Below, one piece after another: positions 27,051 through 40,260 of a DNA stretch of 64,000 bases. A model generated the notes under the pieces. That model saw nothing but the letters and a program-made list of their open reading frames with translations. It was not told the origin of the DNA and ran no database searches. The number at the start of each line of letters is the position of its first letter. Positions within the stretch are counted from its first letter, which is position 1. Source of the stretch: the human T2T-CHM13v2.0 reference genome, Homo sapiens; NCBI RefSeq assembly GCF_009914755.1, contig NC_060939.1; one strand, written 5' to 3'. Made by a program: the position numbers and the translations under genes.

Positions 27051-28519
27051 CTAATGGAGAACCTTCCATGTGGTAGTCAGAGCCGAGCCCCGGGAATAGA
27101 AGGAGCCATCTCTGAAGCTGCCGGGAGCTGAGGGTTTTGCAGTAGAATAAAGAGAACAAGTCAGCGTGGGGCCAGCCCGGGGCCCCCAGCATAATCGATG
27201 CCTGTGTGGCAGCCATGGTGCTGGTGACCATTGAAGGCCAGAGGCGAGAGAGTCGCAGCTTCGGTGCCGGGAATCCAGCAGCTGCTCAACACACATTGGT
27301 TGCCTGTGGCCCATTTTGTCAATAAGAAAATTGAAGCTCAGAGGCTAAGAGGCTCACCTGGGACCAAACAGCGGAGGCTCCAACTCCAGGCCTCTCTCCA
27401 GATTCCTCTGGAAGAGAATCCACATGAGAACAGGAATCCTACACTCAGGGCTGGGGGCAAAGGGTCTCTCTCGGGACTCAGTGAAAGGCTTCAAGCCTGA
27501 TCTGGCTGAACTTCCCAGCAGAAAGCTGGCCTCTGCCTCCCAGTCATGCGGGTCCCTGGCTGGGAGAAGCCCCTTTCTAAGTGGATGCCATCAGAATCTG
27601 CAGGCTGCCCCGTGGCTGGGCCTTGGCACAGCTTCCTCTGCCAGCAGAGGGGGCAGCCTGGCAGGGGGAGTTGGAAGCCTGCTTAACCACTGTCGAGGGG
27701 TTGGGAGGTCCTGTTCCCTCGGCCTAAATGGTCACTCTTGTCAGGAGGACAGTCAGGGCTCGCTGGCCTCACACCAGGGATGACACAGGCTCCAGGGCAA
27801 TGGTGACCCTCACGGCCTCACCTCACCAGGGAAGCTGTCAGACACAGGCTCCATGGCTCGTTGCTTGGCCAGATCCCACGAACAAAGCTCGCTCCGGAGC
27901 GCCCCTCCACCATGACGGCTGGGGCCCTCGGTGCCAGGGGAAGTGAGACGATGCAAACCTCTGGTCCTCAGGCCCCTCCGGAGATGAGTATTAATTACCC
28001 GAAGGCAGGCCGGGCCAAGCTCATTCATTCCCAGCCGGTTTCAAGACCCGGGGGAAGCAGGATCCCGCTGAGGGATACAGGTGGAAAGGAAGGATGGGAA
28101 GAGTCCTGGGGTCCCCCTCCTGCCCCTAGACCACCCGAGACTGACCAGCTCGGGACCGAACAGCTGTGTGCCAGAAGCTCTGAGAGCCTGGTGCGGGCAC
28201 ACGCTGTGGAAGTTTCCTCGGAAGCAGCCCCACAAGCGATTCCACATTCCAGGCTGGGACCCCGCAGCCTCCCAGCCTCCTCACCCGCAGTGGGGAAATA
28301 AAGCTTCAGGGGTTGTTGGGGATGAGGAGCGGATTTTAGGGAAGCGCTCTAGCTGCCCCACATTGAAGGAGAGCAGACAGCGCTTCCCTCCCCATCTCCA
28401 ATCGCATAAACAGGGCTCTGTGAGGACCCCCACAAATCTCACTATTGCTCCCCTGCAGCACTGGACACACCACGGATCCACCCCTCCTGAGGATGCCCGA
28501 TGGTCTGGCACACAGCTGG

Positions 28520-28861
28520 TGAGAGGTGAAGCCAACTGGACTTCCTGGGTGGAGCAGAGACTTGGAGAACTTTTCTGTCCTACAGGAGGATTGTAAAACG
28601 CACCAATCAGTGCTCTGTAGCTAGCAAGAGGATTGTAAAATGCACCAATCAGTGCTCCGTAAAACGCACCAATCAGCATTCTGTAGCCAGCAAGAGGATT
28701 GTAAAATGCACCAATCTGCACTCTGTAAAACACACCAATTAGCAGGATCCTAAAAGTAGCCAATCTAAGGGAGGATTGAAAAAAGGGCATTCTGATAGGA
28801 TAAAAATGGAACATGGGAGGGGACAAATAAGGAAATAAAAGCTGGCCACCCCCAGCCAGCA
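28520..28861 (+). mobile_element. LTR12(F)-like (ERV9 family) LTR, U3 only, 3'-truncated
   Basis: Starts TGAGAGGTGAAGCCAACTGGACTTCCTGGG; tandem GCACCAATCAG repeats; GGGACAAATAAGGAAATAAAAGCTGGCCACCCCCAGCCAGCA, after which similarity stops. Confidence 0.88.
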
Positions 28862-29849
28862 CTGGGATGGCAGAGTGAAGGTAAGGCTAGGCGCATCGCC
28901 AAAGTCAAACCAAAAGTTGAGTGCTGTGGGCCACACAGCCTGGACAGCTGTAGGGGGGCCCGAGGACCCAGCTAGAGGGAGGCTCGAGGCACCAGCCCTT
29001 AAGGAAATGAGTTCACCAGGTCAAGGACAGTCAGCATGACTGTCCCCAGGGAGTGTGAAGTGGAGCACCTCCTGGAGAGCTCAGTGCCCAGAAATGAGGA
29101 TCATTTGGAAGCAGCCTGTTGGGTCTCAGGGAACCCATGCCGGATCACCAGGAGGGCAGTGGTCAGGTCGCATCCTCCCAGCTGCGTCCCCTCCTCTCCC
29201 ACACTGCCCCTTCACTAGGGGTCAGACCTGAGCAAGAGGAGGATGAGAGAAAAGAGAAGATGGCAACATCACCCCTTCCCCAACCCTGGGCTCCTTGTGA
29301 ACATCACCGGTGGCTGAACAGGTGCAGGCTGAACAGGAGGATGCCCCCACCCCTGGCAGCCATGGGGTGCCTCCACAGAGAATGGTGACTTTGAGGTGGG
29401 TTCAAAGAAGTAGGCTTTGCTCTAGATTGGGTGCTCTCAAGGAGCGGGGACAGGCCTCTGATGGGACACCCCTATACATCTTATCTGCAGGGAGGGCAGC
29501 CCACAGCAGGGAAGGAAGCAGCCTCACTCAGTTTAACCCAGAGAGGGCATCTGCTGCTGTTGGCTTGCACTGTGACCTGGCTTTTGTCTGTGCTTAGACA
29601 CGACTGCAGGGTGGCCTTGTTGCACTTCCCAACGGTTGCAGGGGACCTTGTTGGTGCTCTGTGAGGACAGCAGGGCAGGGCTGGGAGTGCCAGGACAGCT
29701 CCTAACAACACAAGGCCCAGCTCTAGGGGCCTGGCCAGCTCCTAGACACCAGGGGCTGCTTTGCTCCTTCTCAGTGATGCCCACGAGCCTCAGTGTGGCC
29801 TGCAAGGCCCTGTCTGGTCTGATGTCTTAGCGCTCAAAACTCATAGGTT

Positions 29850-30232
<383 letters not shown>

Positions 30233-30369
30233 TCACACTCCCCCCTCCACCCTCCAGAACCCAACTGTCTCTCCTCTCAATGTCCCCAGAATGAGTTCTC
30301 CCAGCAGCATGCCTGTCCTACCTCTGGCGTAATTGTACATTTGTTCCTGTGGTCCCCTTGCCACATCAG

Positions 30370-30480
30370 CCCCTCGTAGACTATAAACAACACCAGAGCC
30401 GACGCTTTTTCTCCTTTGCCTCACCATTGCATTCCCAGCACCATTTCAGTGCCTAGCACTTGATAATTGTTGAATAATAA
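30370..30480 (+). mobile_element. L2 3' end fragment
   Basis: CCCAGCACC...AGTGCCTAGCAC...TTGTTGAATAA. Confidence 0.55.
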
Positions 30481-31637
30481 GCCCAGAGAGACAAACAGGC
30501 AAGAGTCACTGGGAGTGCTGCCCGAAGCAAGGTGTTGGGAAGCGGGTGTGGGTTGGGGAAGAGATGCTGTGATCGGCTGGTGATGTCTGCCCTGGGTGTG
30601 GAGTGGGAGGAGGTGACACAGGCACCACTGCTGGAACCATGCCCTTCAAACCACAAAGCCCAGAACACTCTCCCAGGCGGGACACAGAGGACTCCAGAGT
30701 GACAGTCCCCATGCCCACAAATTGCATTTGCACCTTTGGAAGATCCTCTGATAAATTTAAAGCACGCATCGTCATTACTTTCCAAAATGGTTAGAAATGG
30801 GAGAAGACATCCAGGCTGATAAGGCCTTCTCCTCCAGGACAGGAGATTTTTGCTTGGAAAGGGCTACTATCTACTTTGAACACTAATTAGAATATGGACT
30901 TTTTGCCAACATTAGAGAATTTCTTAGCTCCCTTCAAAGCCCACGCCCTAACAGGAGCTGAGTAGGCATCCGCATCAGTTCCAAATGAAAGGCAACTTCA
31001 CTTTCCGATGCATTTTGGAGCCACCGACCAATACAAAGTCAGATGAGCAAGTGGCAACATGGCAGCTGCCCCGTCCCACAGATGGTCCAGGGCTGCAGCC
31101 AGGTTTTAGGCAGCAAATGTTGATTGCACTTGTCATAATGCTGGGAAAGAATGTGCAGCTATCCCAAGCTTTCTTAAGCACTTTTTTTTCCCTGTCATAA
31201 TCCGGAAACCAGTCAGCCTTGGGTCACCCGTCTACACTCCAGCTTTACTTACAGAATTGGTGCCTACAGAGTATCCTCGTGTGCAATCACCCCCTCGTCA
31301 CCCAGAACCAAGTGACAAACAGAGTATCCTCATGTGCAAGCACAGGACTCACCCCTCGTCACCCAGAACCTAGTGACATTCCCCGCAATGGCATGGCAAG
31401 CGCCTCCTTAACAGCCAGTCTTGGGATGAGACTAGCAGGGGTCCAGATTCAAAAAGAAATCCTCCACTAAGTGGTGTCCCAAACCACACAAACCCTTCAT
31501 GAGTCGGATGTCACCACAGTTGGCACTCACTGGTGTGGCCCTTCCAGAACGTGAGCTGACTGTCCCGCCTTCCACAGGCCACACCCTGGCAGGGGTTTAC
31601 CTGAAGCCAGATGGCTTGTACCAAAATATCCCCACTC

Positions 31638-31927
31638 TTTTAAAGAGATGGGGTCTCACTCTGCTGCCCAGGCTGGAGTACAAGGGCGCAAATCATAGCT
31701 CAATGCAGCCTTATACTCCTGGGTTCAAGCTATCTTCCCTCCTCAGCCTCCCAAGTAGCTGGAACTACAGGCACACACCTCCATGCCCAGCTAATTTTTT
31801 TTCCTTTTGTGGACACAGGGTCGAGCTATGTTGCCTAGGCTGGTCTTGAACTCCTAGCCTCAAGTGATCCTGCAGCCTTGGCCTCCTAAGTGGCTGGGAC
31901 TATAGTCATGAGCCACATTGCCTGGCT
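31638..31927 (-). mobile_element. AluJ
   Basis: ATCATAGCTCAATGCAGCC J-type features; TSD-like CCAAA(A)T.TCC.ACTCT. Confidence 0.93.
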
Positions 31928-33204
31928 CCAAATGTCCTACTCTTGACAAACTAATCCTGACGCTTATACTGTTTATCATCCGATGTCACCCTGATGAGAG
32001 ATGACAAGGAATGGTGATGATCTGGGTTTTCGCCAGGAAGCCCCGGGCTGGCATTTCACAGGCAAATGTCCCATGGCTCTTGGAAGACTTGGGGAACCTG
32101 ACTCATGTGATCAAACTCACAGCAGACTTCAGTGTTGAAACAGAACTGCCAAATTGTTAATTTACTTTGAGAGGTGCCTTTTCAAGGAGCTAAATGAATG
32201 GATTCCCCCAGAAGGATTTCTGGCTGGAATTTCCAGAAAGCTGAGTCATTGGAATGGCACCTGATGGGCCTCAGAGGGGATCTCAGGGGTTGAGGAGTTT
32301 TGGGGGCTGCAGACTGCAGACAAGGGGGGAACGCCATGAAAGTTAGGGCCTAATCTAGCCTCATCCCCTTGGACCTGATGGATAAATCCAGACAGCCACT
32401 AACTGCCTGGACTTCCTCTTTCCATGCCAGTGGGTTTTTAAGTTTACAGTTAATAGTGACCCCCTCCCTTTTATGACACATATTGCTAGTCTATAAAATA
32501 GACCAAAGCAGTAGTTTATGGGTGTAAATGGATCTCATGTATTCAACTGTATAACCGTGACGGGCAGGGTTAAAATTATTAACAAGAGGAGTTGTACAGC
32601 TGCCATGCTCCCCTGCTCTCAGTCAAAGGACAAAAGCCAAAGAGGTCAGTTTTCTTTTTCTGTCTTCAAAGGGAAAGAAAATAATGAGGGTGGGGGCAGG
32701 GTATATTCCATAGAGAATGCCACCTACCAGGTTCCCCTCGGATTTCAGCGTTAAAAAATAGGAACACACTTGGAGATTTTAGCAAAAATATCTGGAGGCC
32801 AAATAGCTGTTTTGGAAAGGTGTAAATAACATCGGAATTACTATCTGGGCTGTGTTTCTTTAAGAATGATATGTATTCGAGTCCAAATCATGGCAGGGGT
32901 GACATTAAACACTGAAGTTTATGGTGGGTGGATTTACATCAGCCTTGTTTCCAGTTTATTTTTGCATTTTTTTCTTGTTTTAGAACATTAAGGAAGTTTT
33001 GATTCACAAAGACAATTAGCTCTCAATGGTAACAATTGTTAACAGTTTTGTCACAGGGATGAAAACAGCTTTATTCTAAGGTTTGCACTAAATCGAGTTA
33101 ACTAGCAGCAAAGTCAATGATTTAAGTTCAAATTTATAAGTAGTTGGTCACACTGAATGTGTGTGAGTAGGAGTGAGAGTGAGATTAAGGGAGAGAAAGA
33201 ATGA

Positions 33205-33480
33205 GGCCGGGCGTGGTGGCTCACGCCTGTAATCCCAGCACTTTGGGAGGCCGAGGCAGGTGGATCACGAGGTCAGGAGATCGAGACCATCCTGGCTAAC
33301 ATGGTGGAACCCTGTCTCTACTGAAAATACAAAAAATTAGCCGGGCGTGGTGCTACTCGGGAGGCTGAGGCAGGAGAATGGCGTGAACCCGGGAGGCGGA
33401 GCTTGTAGTGAGCCGAGATCATGCCACTGCACTCCAGCCTTGGTGACAGAGCGAGACTCTGTCTTAAAAAAAAAGAGAGA
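33205..33480 (+). mobile_element. AluY with 20-bp internal deletion
   Basis: Y diagnostics; perfect 14-bp TSD GAGAGAAAGAATGA (33191-33204, 33481-33494); GGCGTGGT|GCTACTCGG junction at 33351. Confidence 0.95.
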
Positions 33481-33889
33481 GAGAGAAAGAATGAGAGGGG
33501 TGAGAGAGAGGGGCGGGGGGGGAGAGAGAGAGAGTGTGTGTGTGTGTGTGAGAGAGAGAGAGAAAGGAGCAAGTGCATGTGTGCCTGCCTTCGTGTGGCT
33601 CAGGACATCTTGCAAATAGTTAGAAGTATATGATAAATGAAAAATGAAAATGAACAAAACATTTGGGGACTCTCCCACAAAACCTCCGGATTCTGCAACC
33701 CACCTCTGCAGGCTGCTGCCCCTCTCTGCACCAAACCTTCTCCTCCTACTAACTCATCATCCTCTTCCCGTCCTGCCTCGCTGGATGGAAGTGCTGGCTG
33801 ACTTCAACCTGACAGGCAATCCCAGAGTTCAGTTCCATTGAATCACCCACACTTTGTTCAAATATTTTAATGATTTAACTTTCAGGGGC

Positions 33890-34310
33890 TGTATTCGTTT
33901 CTGGGGGCTGCCACAATAAATCACCACAAACTTGGAGACTCAAAACAATGATGGAGCCAGAAATTCCAGCTTGAGGGGTCCCAGGGCCATGCCCCCCTCC
34001 AGAGGCGCTGCGGGAGAGTTGGCCCTTGCCGCTTCGGCATCTGGTGGCTTCAGGTGTTCCCTGTGGCTGCATTGCCCCAATCTCTGCCTCTGCAGTTGCA
34101 TGGCCTTCTCCTCTGTGTGTCTGTGTCTCCTCTTCTCTTATGGAGACACTCGTCCTTGGGTTTAAGGCCCACCCAGTAACCCAGAATGGTCTCGTCTCAA
34201 GACCTTTCACTTGATTACATCTGTAAGGCCCTTTTTCCAACCGAGATCACATCCTCAGGTTTCCAGGAATTCGGATGTGGACATGTCTTCATGGGAGCCA
34301 CCATTCGACA
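33890..34310 (-). mobile_element. MLT1C-like MaLR LTR
   Basis: TGTATTCGTTTCTGGGGGCTGCCACAATAAATCACCACAAACTTGG end; GATTACATCTGTAAGGCCC. Confidence 0.8.
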
Positions 34311-34468
34311 CTTGGCAGAGGCCAACCTTTCTCCCCATCATGACCATACATATGAGAAGCAATTGACACCTTTCCTGGCCGACAGTGAGGGTGTGATCAA
34401 AGGCAGCTGATACCATTCCCCCCACATACCCCCACCCCCGGTCCCCTAGGGCCGGGGACTTTATCTTC

Positions 34469-34855
34469 TGTTGCAGACTGAATTGTCTTCCTCCAAAATT
34501 CACATGTTGAAATCTTAACCTCCAGAACCCCAGAATGTAACCATATCTGGTTGATATAGTCTTTAAAGAGGTAATTAAGATAAAACAAGGTCACATAGGT
34601 GGGCCCTAATCCAATATGACTGCTGTCCTTATAAGAAGAAGAGATTAGGACACAGACACTCACAGAGGGAAGACCACGTGAGGACCCAGAGGAAGACAGT
34701 CATCTCCCAGCCAATAAGAGGGGCCTGAGAAACAACCACCCCTGCCAGCACCTTGATCTCTAGGTGAACTCCTTGATTTCTTCTGGCCTTCAGGATTGTG
34801 GGAAAACGAATTTCTCTGCTGTTTGAGCCAGCCAATGGTTGTATTTTGTTCTGGG
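34469..34855 (+). mobile_element. MLT1B-like MaLR LTR
   Basis: CTGAATTGTC...GGGCCCTAATCCAATATGACTG...GACACAGACACTCACAGAGGGAAGACC. Confidence 0.85.
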
Positions 34856-34859
34856 TGTC

Positions 34860-35218
34860 TGCTATGGACTAAATGTTTGTGTCTTTCCCAAATTCATACA
34901 TTGACACCCTAATCCCCAGTGGCTTGGGCTTAGGAGGTGGGGCCCTTGGGAGGTGATAAGGTCACGAGGGTGGAGCCCCTTATGGTGGGATTAGTGCCCT
35001 TATCAGAAGAGACACCAGGGAGCTTGCTTCATCTCTCTCTTTGCTATGTGAGGACAGAGAGAAAGCAGCCATCTGTGAACCTGAAGTGGGCCCTCACCAG
35101 ATGTCAGACCTGCTGGTGCTTTGATCTCAGACTTCCCAGCCTCTGCTGTGAGAAATAAGGGGTTTTTGTTTAAGTCCCCCAGTCTACTGCAGTTTGTTAG
35201 AGCCAGCCGCGCTGATAG
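34860..35218 (+). mobile_element. MLT1A-like MaLR LTR
   Basis: TGCTATGGACTAAATGTTTGTGTC start; GGTGGAGCCC...GGGATTAGTGCCCTTAT. Confidence 0.85.
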
Positions 35219-35930
35219 GCTTGTGACGCAGGCCTCCACAATCAGTTAATCCTTTTCCCCTTCCACGGAGGGGTCTGTATGCCTGTAGCTGCTGGAAGGG
35301 GAGGCCTTCCCAAGAGTGCGACCCGCGCAGGGGCCTGCCGATAGCCTTCAGACCCCAACTCCGACAGTGCTGGTGCTGCCCCAGGGCTTTTCAGTGATGT
35401 GAGGCAACAAATTGCCCTTTCTTCTTAAGCTGGTGTGGGCTGGGCTTCTTATCATTGATGGTAAACGATTCCTGCCACTTACCACCAATGAGACTCTCAA
35501 GAGACCAGGAGCTCTTCGGTCTGAGGATTCATCAGAAGCTCCACAATAAGCCTCCAGTGCTAGGAGTGGAGCCCCTAACAGGTCCAGCTCAGCAGCAGAA
35601 GCCAGCCTGCCCCTGGGGGTCTCCCCACAGCCACTGTGTGTCAGTTGCCTCATCCCCCCATGAGGTGACACGCTTTCTGGCTCCTACCTCCTGATCCCCA
35701 GGGGCTACTGATGGACCTTGGTCCCTGAGTGTCCACGTACCTGTCTACCCCCACTCTGCATCCACACTGGCTGCCCACGGCCGCTCTGGACACCCACGTT
35801 ACTCCTGCCTGTTAAAGAAATAATTATAAAGATCACAACAAAGAAAAGCGTAACATGGAAATGGTTGCCTGGGGATGCCGGTGTTGTGACTGCTTTTCTC
35901 TTTCTTCTGAAATTTACTACACACACATTA

Positions 35931-36547
<617 letters not shown>

Positions 36548-36620
36548 CAAACAGAAATGTTAAAGTCACTTATTGTCTTCATGATGCAAGGTGACAATGT
36601 TTATGCAATTTTTAAAAATT

Positions 36621-36740
36621 GCTGAGGTGGGAGGATCACCTGAGCCTGGGGAGATTGAGGCAGAGGTGAACCAGGACCACACTACTGCACATCAGCCTGG
36701 GTGACAGAGCAAGACCTTGTTTCAAAAAAAAAAAAAAAAA
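36621..36740 (+). mobile_element. 5'-truncated AluJ/FRAM-like right arm
   Basis: GCTGAGGTGGGAGGATCACCTGAGCC...A17. Confidence 0.85.
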
Positions 36741-36817
36741 TGCTGCTGTACTTTCAGCCCACGGAAGTCAGGAGTCAAGGCATGAGTGCATGTAGTCCAC
36801 AAAAATAGTACTGATGG

Positions 36818-37242
36818 TAATGTGTTTAGATGTGTGTCCCCTCCAAATTCCATGTTGGAATGTGGTCCCTGGTGTTGGATTCCCAGCGTTGGAGCCTGGT
36901 GGGAGGTGTTGGGGTCACGGGGATGGATCCCTCATGAATGGCTGAGCACCACCCATTGGTGACAAGTGAGTTCTCACTCACTCATTGGATTCATTCATTT
37001 GATAAGGGGTTGTTTAAAACAGCCTGGCATCTCTCTTGCTCCTCTCTCCCCATGTGACACACCTGCTCCCCCTTTGCCTTCCACCATGACTGTAAGCTTC
37101 CAGAGGCCTCACCAGAAGCTGAGTAGATGCTGGTGCCCTGCTTATACAGTCTACGGAGCCATGAGCCAAAATAAACTTCTTTTCTTAGTGAATTATCCAT
37201 TCGGAGGTATCCTTTTATAGCAATGCAAAACGGACTAACACA
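36818..37242 (+). mobile_element. MSTB-like MaLR solo LTR
   Basis: GGATCCCTCATGAATGGC, GAGGCCTCACCAGAAGCTGAG, end GCAAAACGGACTAACACA; TSD GATGG. Confidence 0.9.
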
Positions 37243-39214
37243 GATGGTAACAACGAGGGAACTGACTGCTTTGTTAACTAGCACAAAGAGCCCACCCACA
37301 TGTGGACAATCTCAGGGAAGGCCCATCGGGCCACTCCAAGGCTTGGAGACCATTTTTAGCTTTATTTATTTACTTATTTACACCCAGGACTTTTGAAAAT
37401 TCCTTTCCCAAAAATAAGCCGTTGCGTTTCTAAATATCTTGAAAAGCGAGGCCCTCTAATGCGAGGCCCCTATCTCTACCACCACGGAATTATCCCCTCT
37501 CTATATGGCCTCGTGCACAATTCATGAAGCAGCCTTTCACCACAGCCTGGAGGGCCCCTAACTTTGAGGAGCCACCTCCTTTTTGACCAGGTGAGGGGTC
37601 CCAGGAATGAAGGCCCAAGACCCATCGCTGTGTGGTTCAGGCTGGCCAGGTGCTGTGGTCCCAGGGATGCGTGTTCAGTGGCTGGTTTATCTTCCATCCT
37701 GGCTGAGGTCACTGAAGGATAGCCAGGGAGGCAGGAACAGCTTGGAAATATCTGGACTGTGAGGGAGGTGCCGGGGCTCAGTAGCAGCTGCTCGAGGCCC
37801 CCACAGCTCCCGTGGGACCAGCTGACCCCACAGGATGCTGGGAGAGATGACCCATTCACAAAAGCTTGCCAATCGTGGCCTTTTCCAACCTTCCGGACAT
37901 CAAACGCCCGCTGATGGTGGCCTTTTCCAACCTTCCGGACATTTTTGGGTCCCAGCCTCAGAGGGACTGAGCTGCTTCTGCTATCCTTTACCTGAAGCCT
38001 AGGATTTCAGCTCCCTTAATGTGCATTCAGGCTCTGCTCGGCGTGGCCTGCCTCTCCTGGTGCTTCTCCCCCAGACCCCATCTGCCTCTCACTCCTCCCT
38101 TTTTGGCAGCCTCTTTGCCCCTGCCTAGAGGGCACCCTGCTCCTCCTTCCCTTGGGGACCTGCTCACTCCTCGCCAGGCCCAGGCCCCACATGCCTCCAT
38201 CATGAACCCCCAACACCTGCCTCGGCTGCCTTCCTCGGGATCCCTCCTTCCTTCTCCCAGCTCACAGCCTTGACCTTTACTGAGGATCACAGACACCCCA
38301 ACTTTCCCAGGACCATCCTGGTCTCAAAAGCTCCCTCCTGGCATCCCTGCATGTCATCAAACTGTCCTAGGTATTATGTGGCTTTGCTGGCCACAAGCAG
38401 AACTACCAACAGCAATGAGCAGAGGCTTGAGCAGGTGTCTCGGTTCCTCGGGGAAAAGCTTGTTCTGTGGCCTGTTGGGTGACACCAAAGGCCAGGTGTC
38501 ACCACAGAGACTCTGACTTGTTGGTGGGGACCTGGACACCGGGCTTTGAAAAGCTCATGGGGGCTCCAACACACAGGTTTGGGGACCCTCAGGGGTTGAG
38601 GGTTGCAGGTGATCCTCCAGCCCAGCCAGCCCTGCATGTGCAGGGGACCCTGGGGAGGGGCAGGGGAGCTAGGGTGGGTGTGGCTGCAGCACCCTCTGAG
38701 GCCCCCTCAGGAGAGCCGGGTTACCCATCGCTGGCAAGCAGCTCCCTGCATGTGTGAGTCCCTAGGTTGCCGTCTCCAAACGGACATCTGTGCGGCTCAG
38801 TCACCAGACAAACTGGGGCCACCCATTGCCACAGCTGCAGAGGCGCGACTTAAAGAGCGAAGTGTAAAGTATTCGGGTTGGGTGGTTCTGACTGTACCAA
38901 GGGACGTGTGCATCAGACCTGCTTACCCCACCCCAGGGGGGACAAGCCTGGGGCAGTTTTAGGGTCGAGGGTGCGCCACCGTATCCCAGATCCCCAGGAC
39001 CCAGCCCAGGCTGAGCTGGACACTAGTCTGGGGCCTGCCAGCCCCTCCCCACCCTGGACAGGGCTTGTGCACTCAGCAGGGCTTTCTTCCCAGGGGTTTT
39101 CTGCTCAGCCCCCTGCACTGAGGGTTTCCTACAACTAGCTTAGTCACTGGGGTCTCGGCTTATCAGCCTCAAGTCACACATGACATCAGCACCCAGAGGT
39201 GTGAGCCCGTCCCC

Positions 39215-39480
39215 ATCCATTCATTTCCTCCACACACATGCTTTCCAGGGGCCAGGCACTGTGCTAGACCCAGGGACACCATGACAGATGCCACAGATGA
39301 GGTCCCCCATGCCGTGGACGTCCGTTCAGGTGGGTAAGACTGACATAAATAAGCACACGGATAAATGAGCCAGGCTGTGCCAGGTCGTGACAGGCAGGGG
39401 CAAGAGCACGAGGCTCACAGGGACACCTGGAGCAAGGCGTCCAACATCACGCTGGGTGGTCGGGAAGCTGGAAGAGGTGG
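39215..39480 (-). mobile_element. L2 3' fragment
   Basis: CATTCATT...GCCAGGCACTGTGCTAG. Confidence 0.6.
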
Positions 39481-39929
39481 CATGAGCCCAGCGGGTTTCT
39501 TGGAAAAGTAAACACACTCAGGGACTTCACTCTGAGCAGGCACCCCAGATCCAGGGAGAATATTCAGTGAGCCCAAGACTCAGGCAGGCCAGGCTCACTG
39601 CCTTCAAAATGCACCCAGCCAGGGCCTCTGCTTCCTCCACTCCTCGCTCTCCTGGGCAAGTTGGGGCTGGAAAGCGGGGCAGGAAGCTCAGGCCCTGCCT
39701 GGCCTCGAGGCTGATGACATCCTTTGGAACTGTGATTTTCAACCCAGCTGCCAGAAAAGGCCACGGGGAACACCAAGAACCCCTGACATCCAGGCCACAC
39801 TCCAGCCAGTAGATGAGAATCTCAGGGGCTGGGGTCCAGACATGAGCCTTTTTAAAGCTCCCTAGGGCATGCCCCTGGGCCGCCGAGGGAGCTTCAAGGG
39901 AGGCACCCTGGGAAGGCCGCAGAGCTCCA

Positions 39930-40260
39930 CAGGGGTAGAGCGGGTCAGGGCTTTAGGGTCAAGCAGGTCTGCGTTTCAATCCACACTCACAACTTACTTA
40001 GGCTCTCTGACCCTCAGTTTCTCATCTGCAAAATGGGTCGATACCCACTCATGGTGTTAGGATGGAACAAGGTAACACAGGTAAGTGCAGGGTGTAGCGC
40101 CTGCCCCCTAGGACACACGGTGTTAAATGTAAGTGCCCTGCTCCCATCCAATATCAAGTGGCAAAGAGCAGAGTGGAGTCAGCAGACCCAGGAATGACCC
40201 CAATCCTAACCTCTACTGGCTTTGTGAACCTCAGTTTCCCTGTCTGTAAGGTGGGGAGAA
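39930..40260 (+). mobile_element. Two adjacent MIR fragments
   Basis: Core CCTCAGTTTCTCATCTGCAAAATGGG (about 40012) and CCTCAGTTTCCCTGTCTGTAAGGTGGG (about 40229). Confidence 0.7.

Noticed and set aside
28281-28862. 193-aa ORF with LIGAFY repeats
   Set aside because: Antisense translation of the LTR12 CCAAT repeats.
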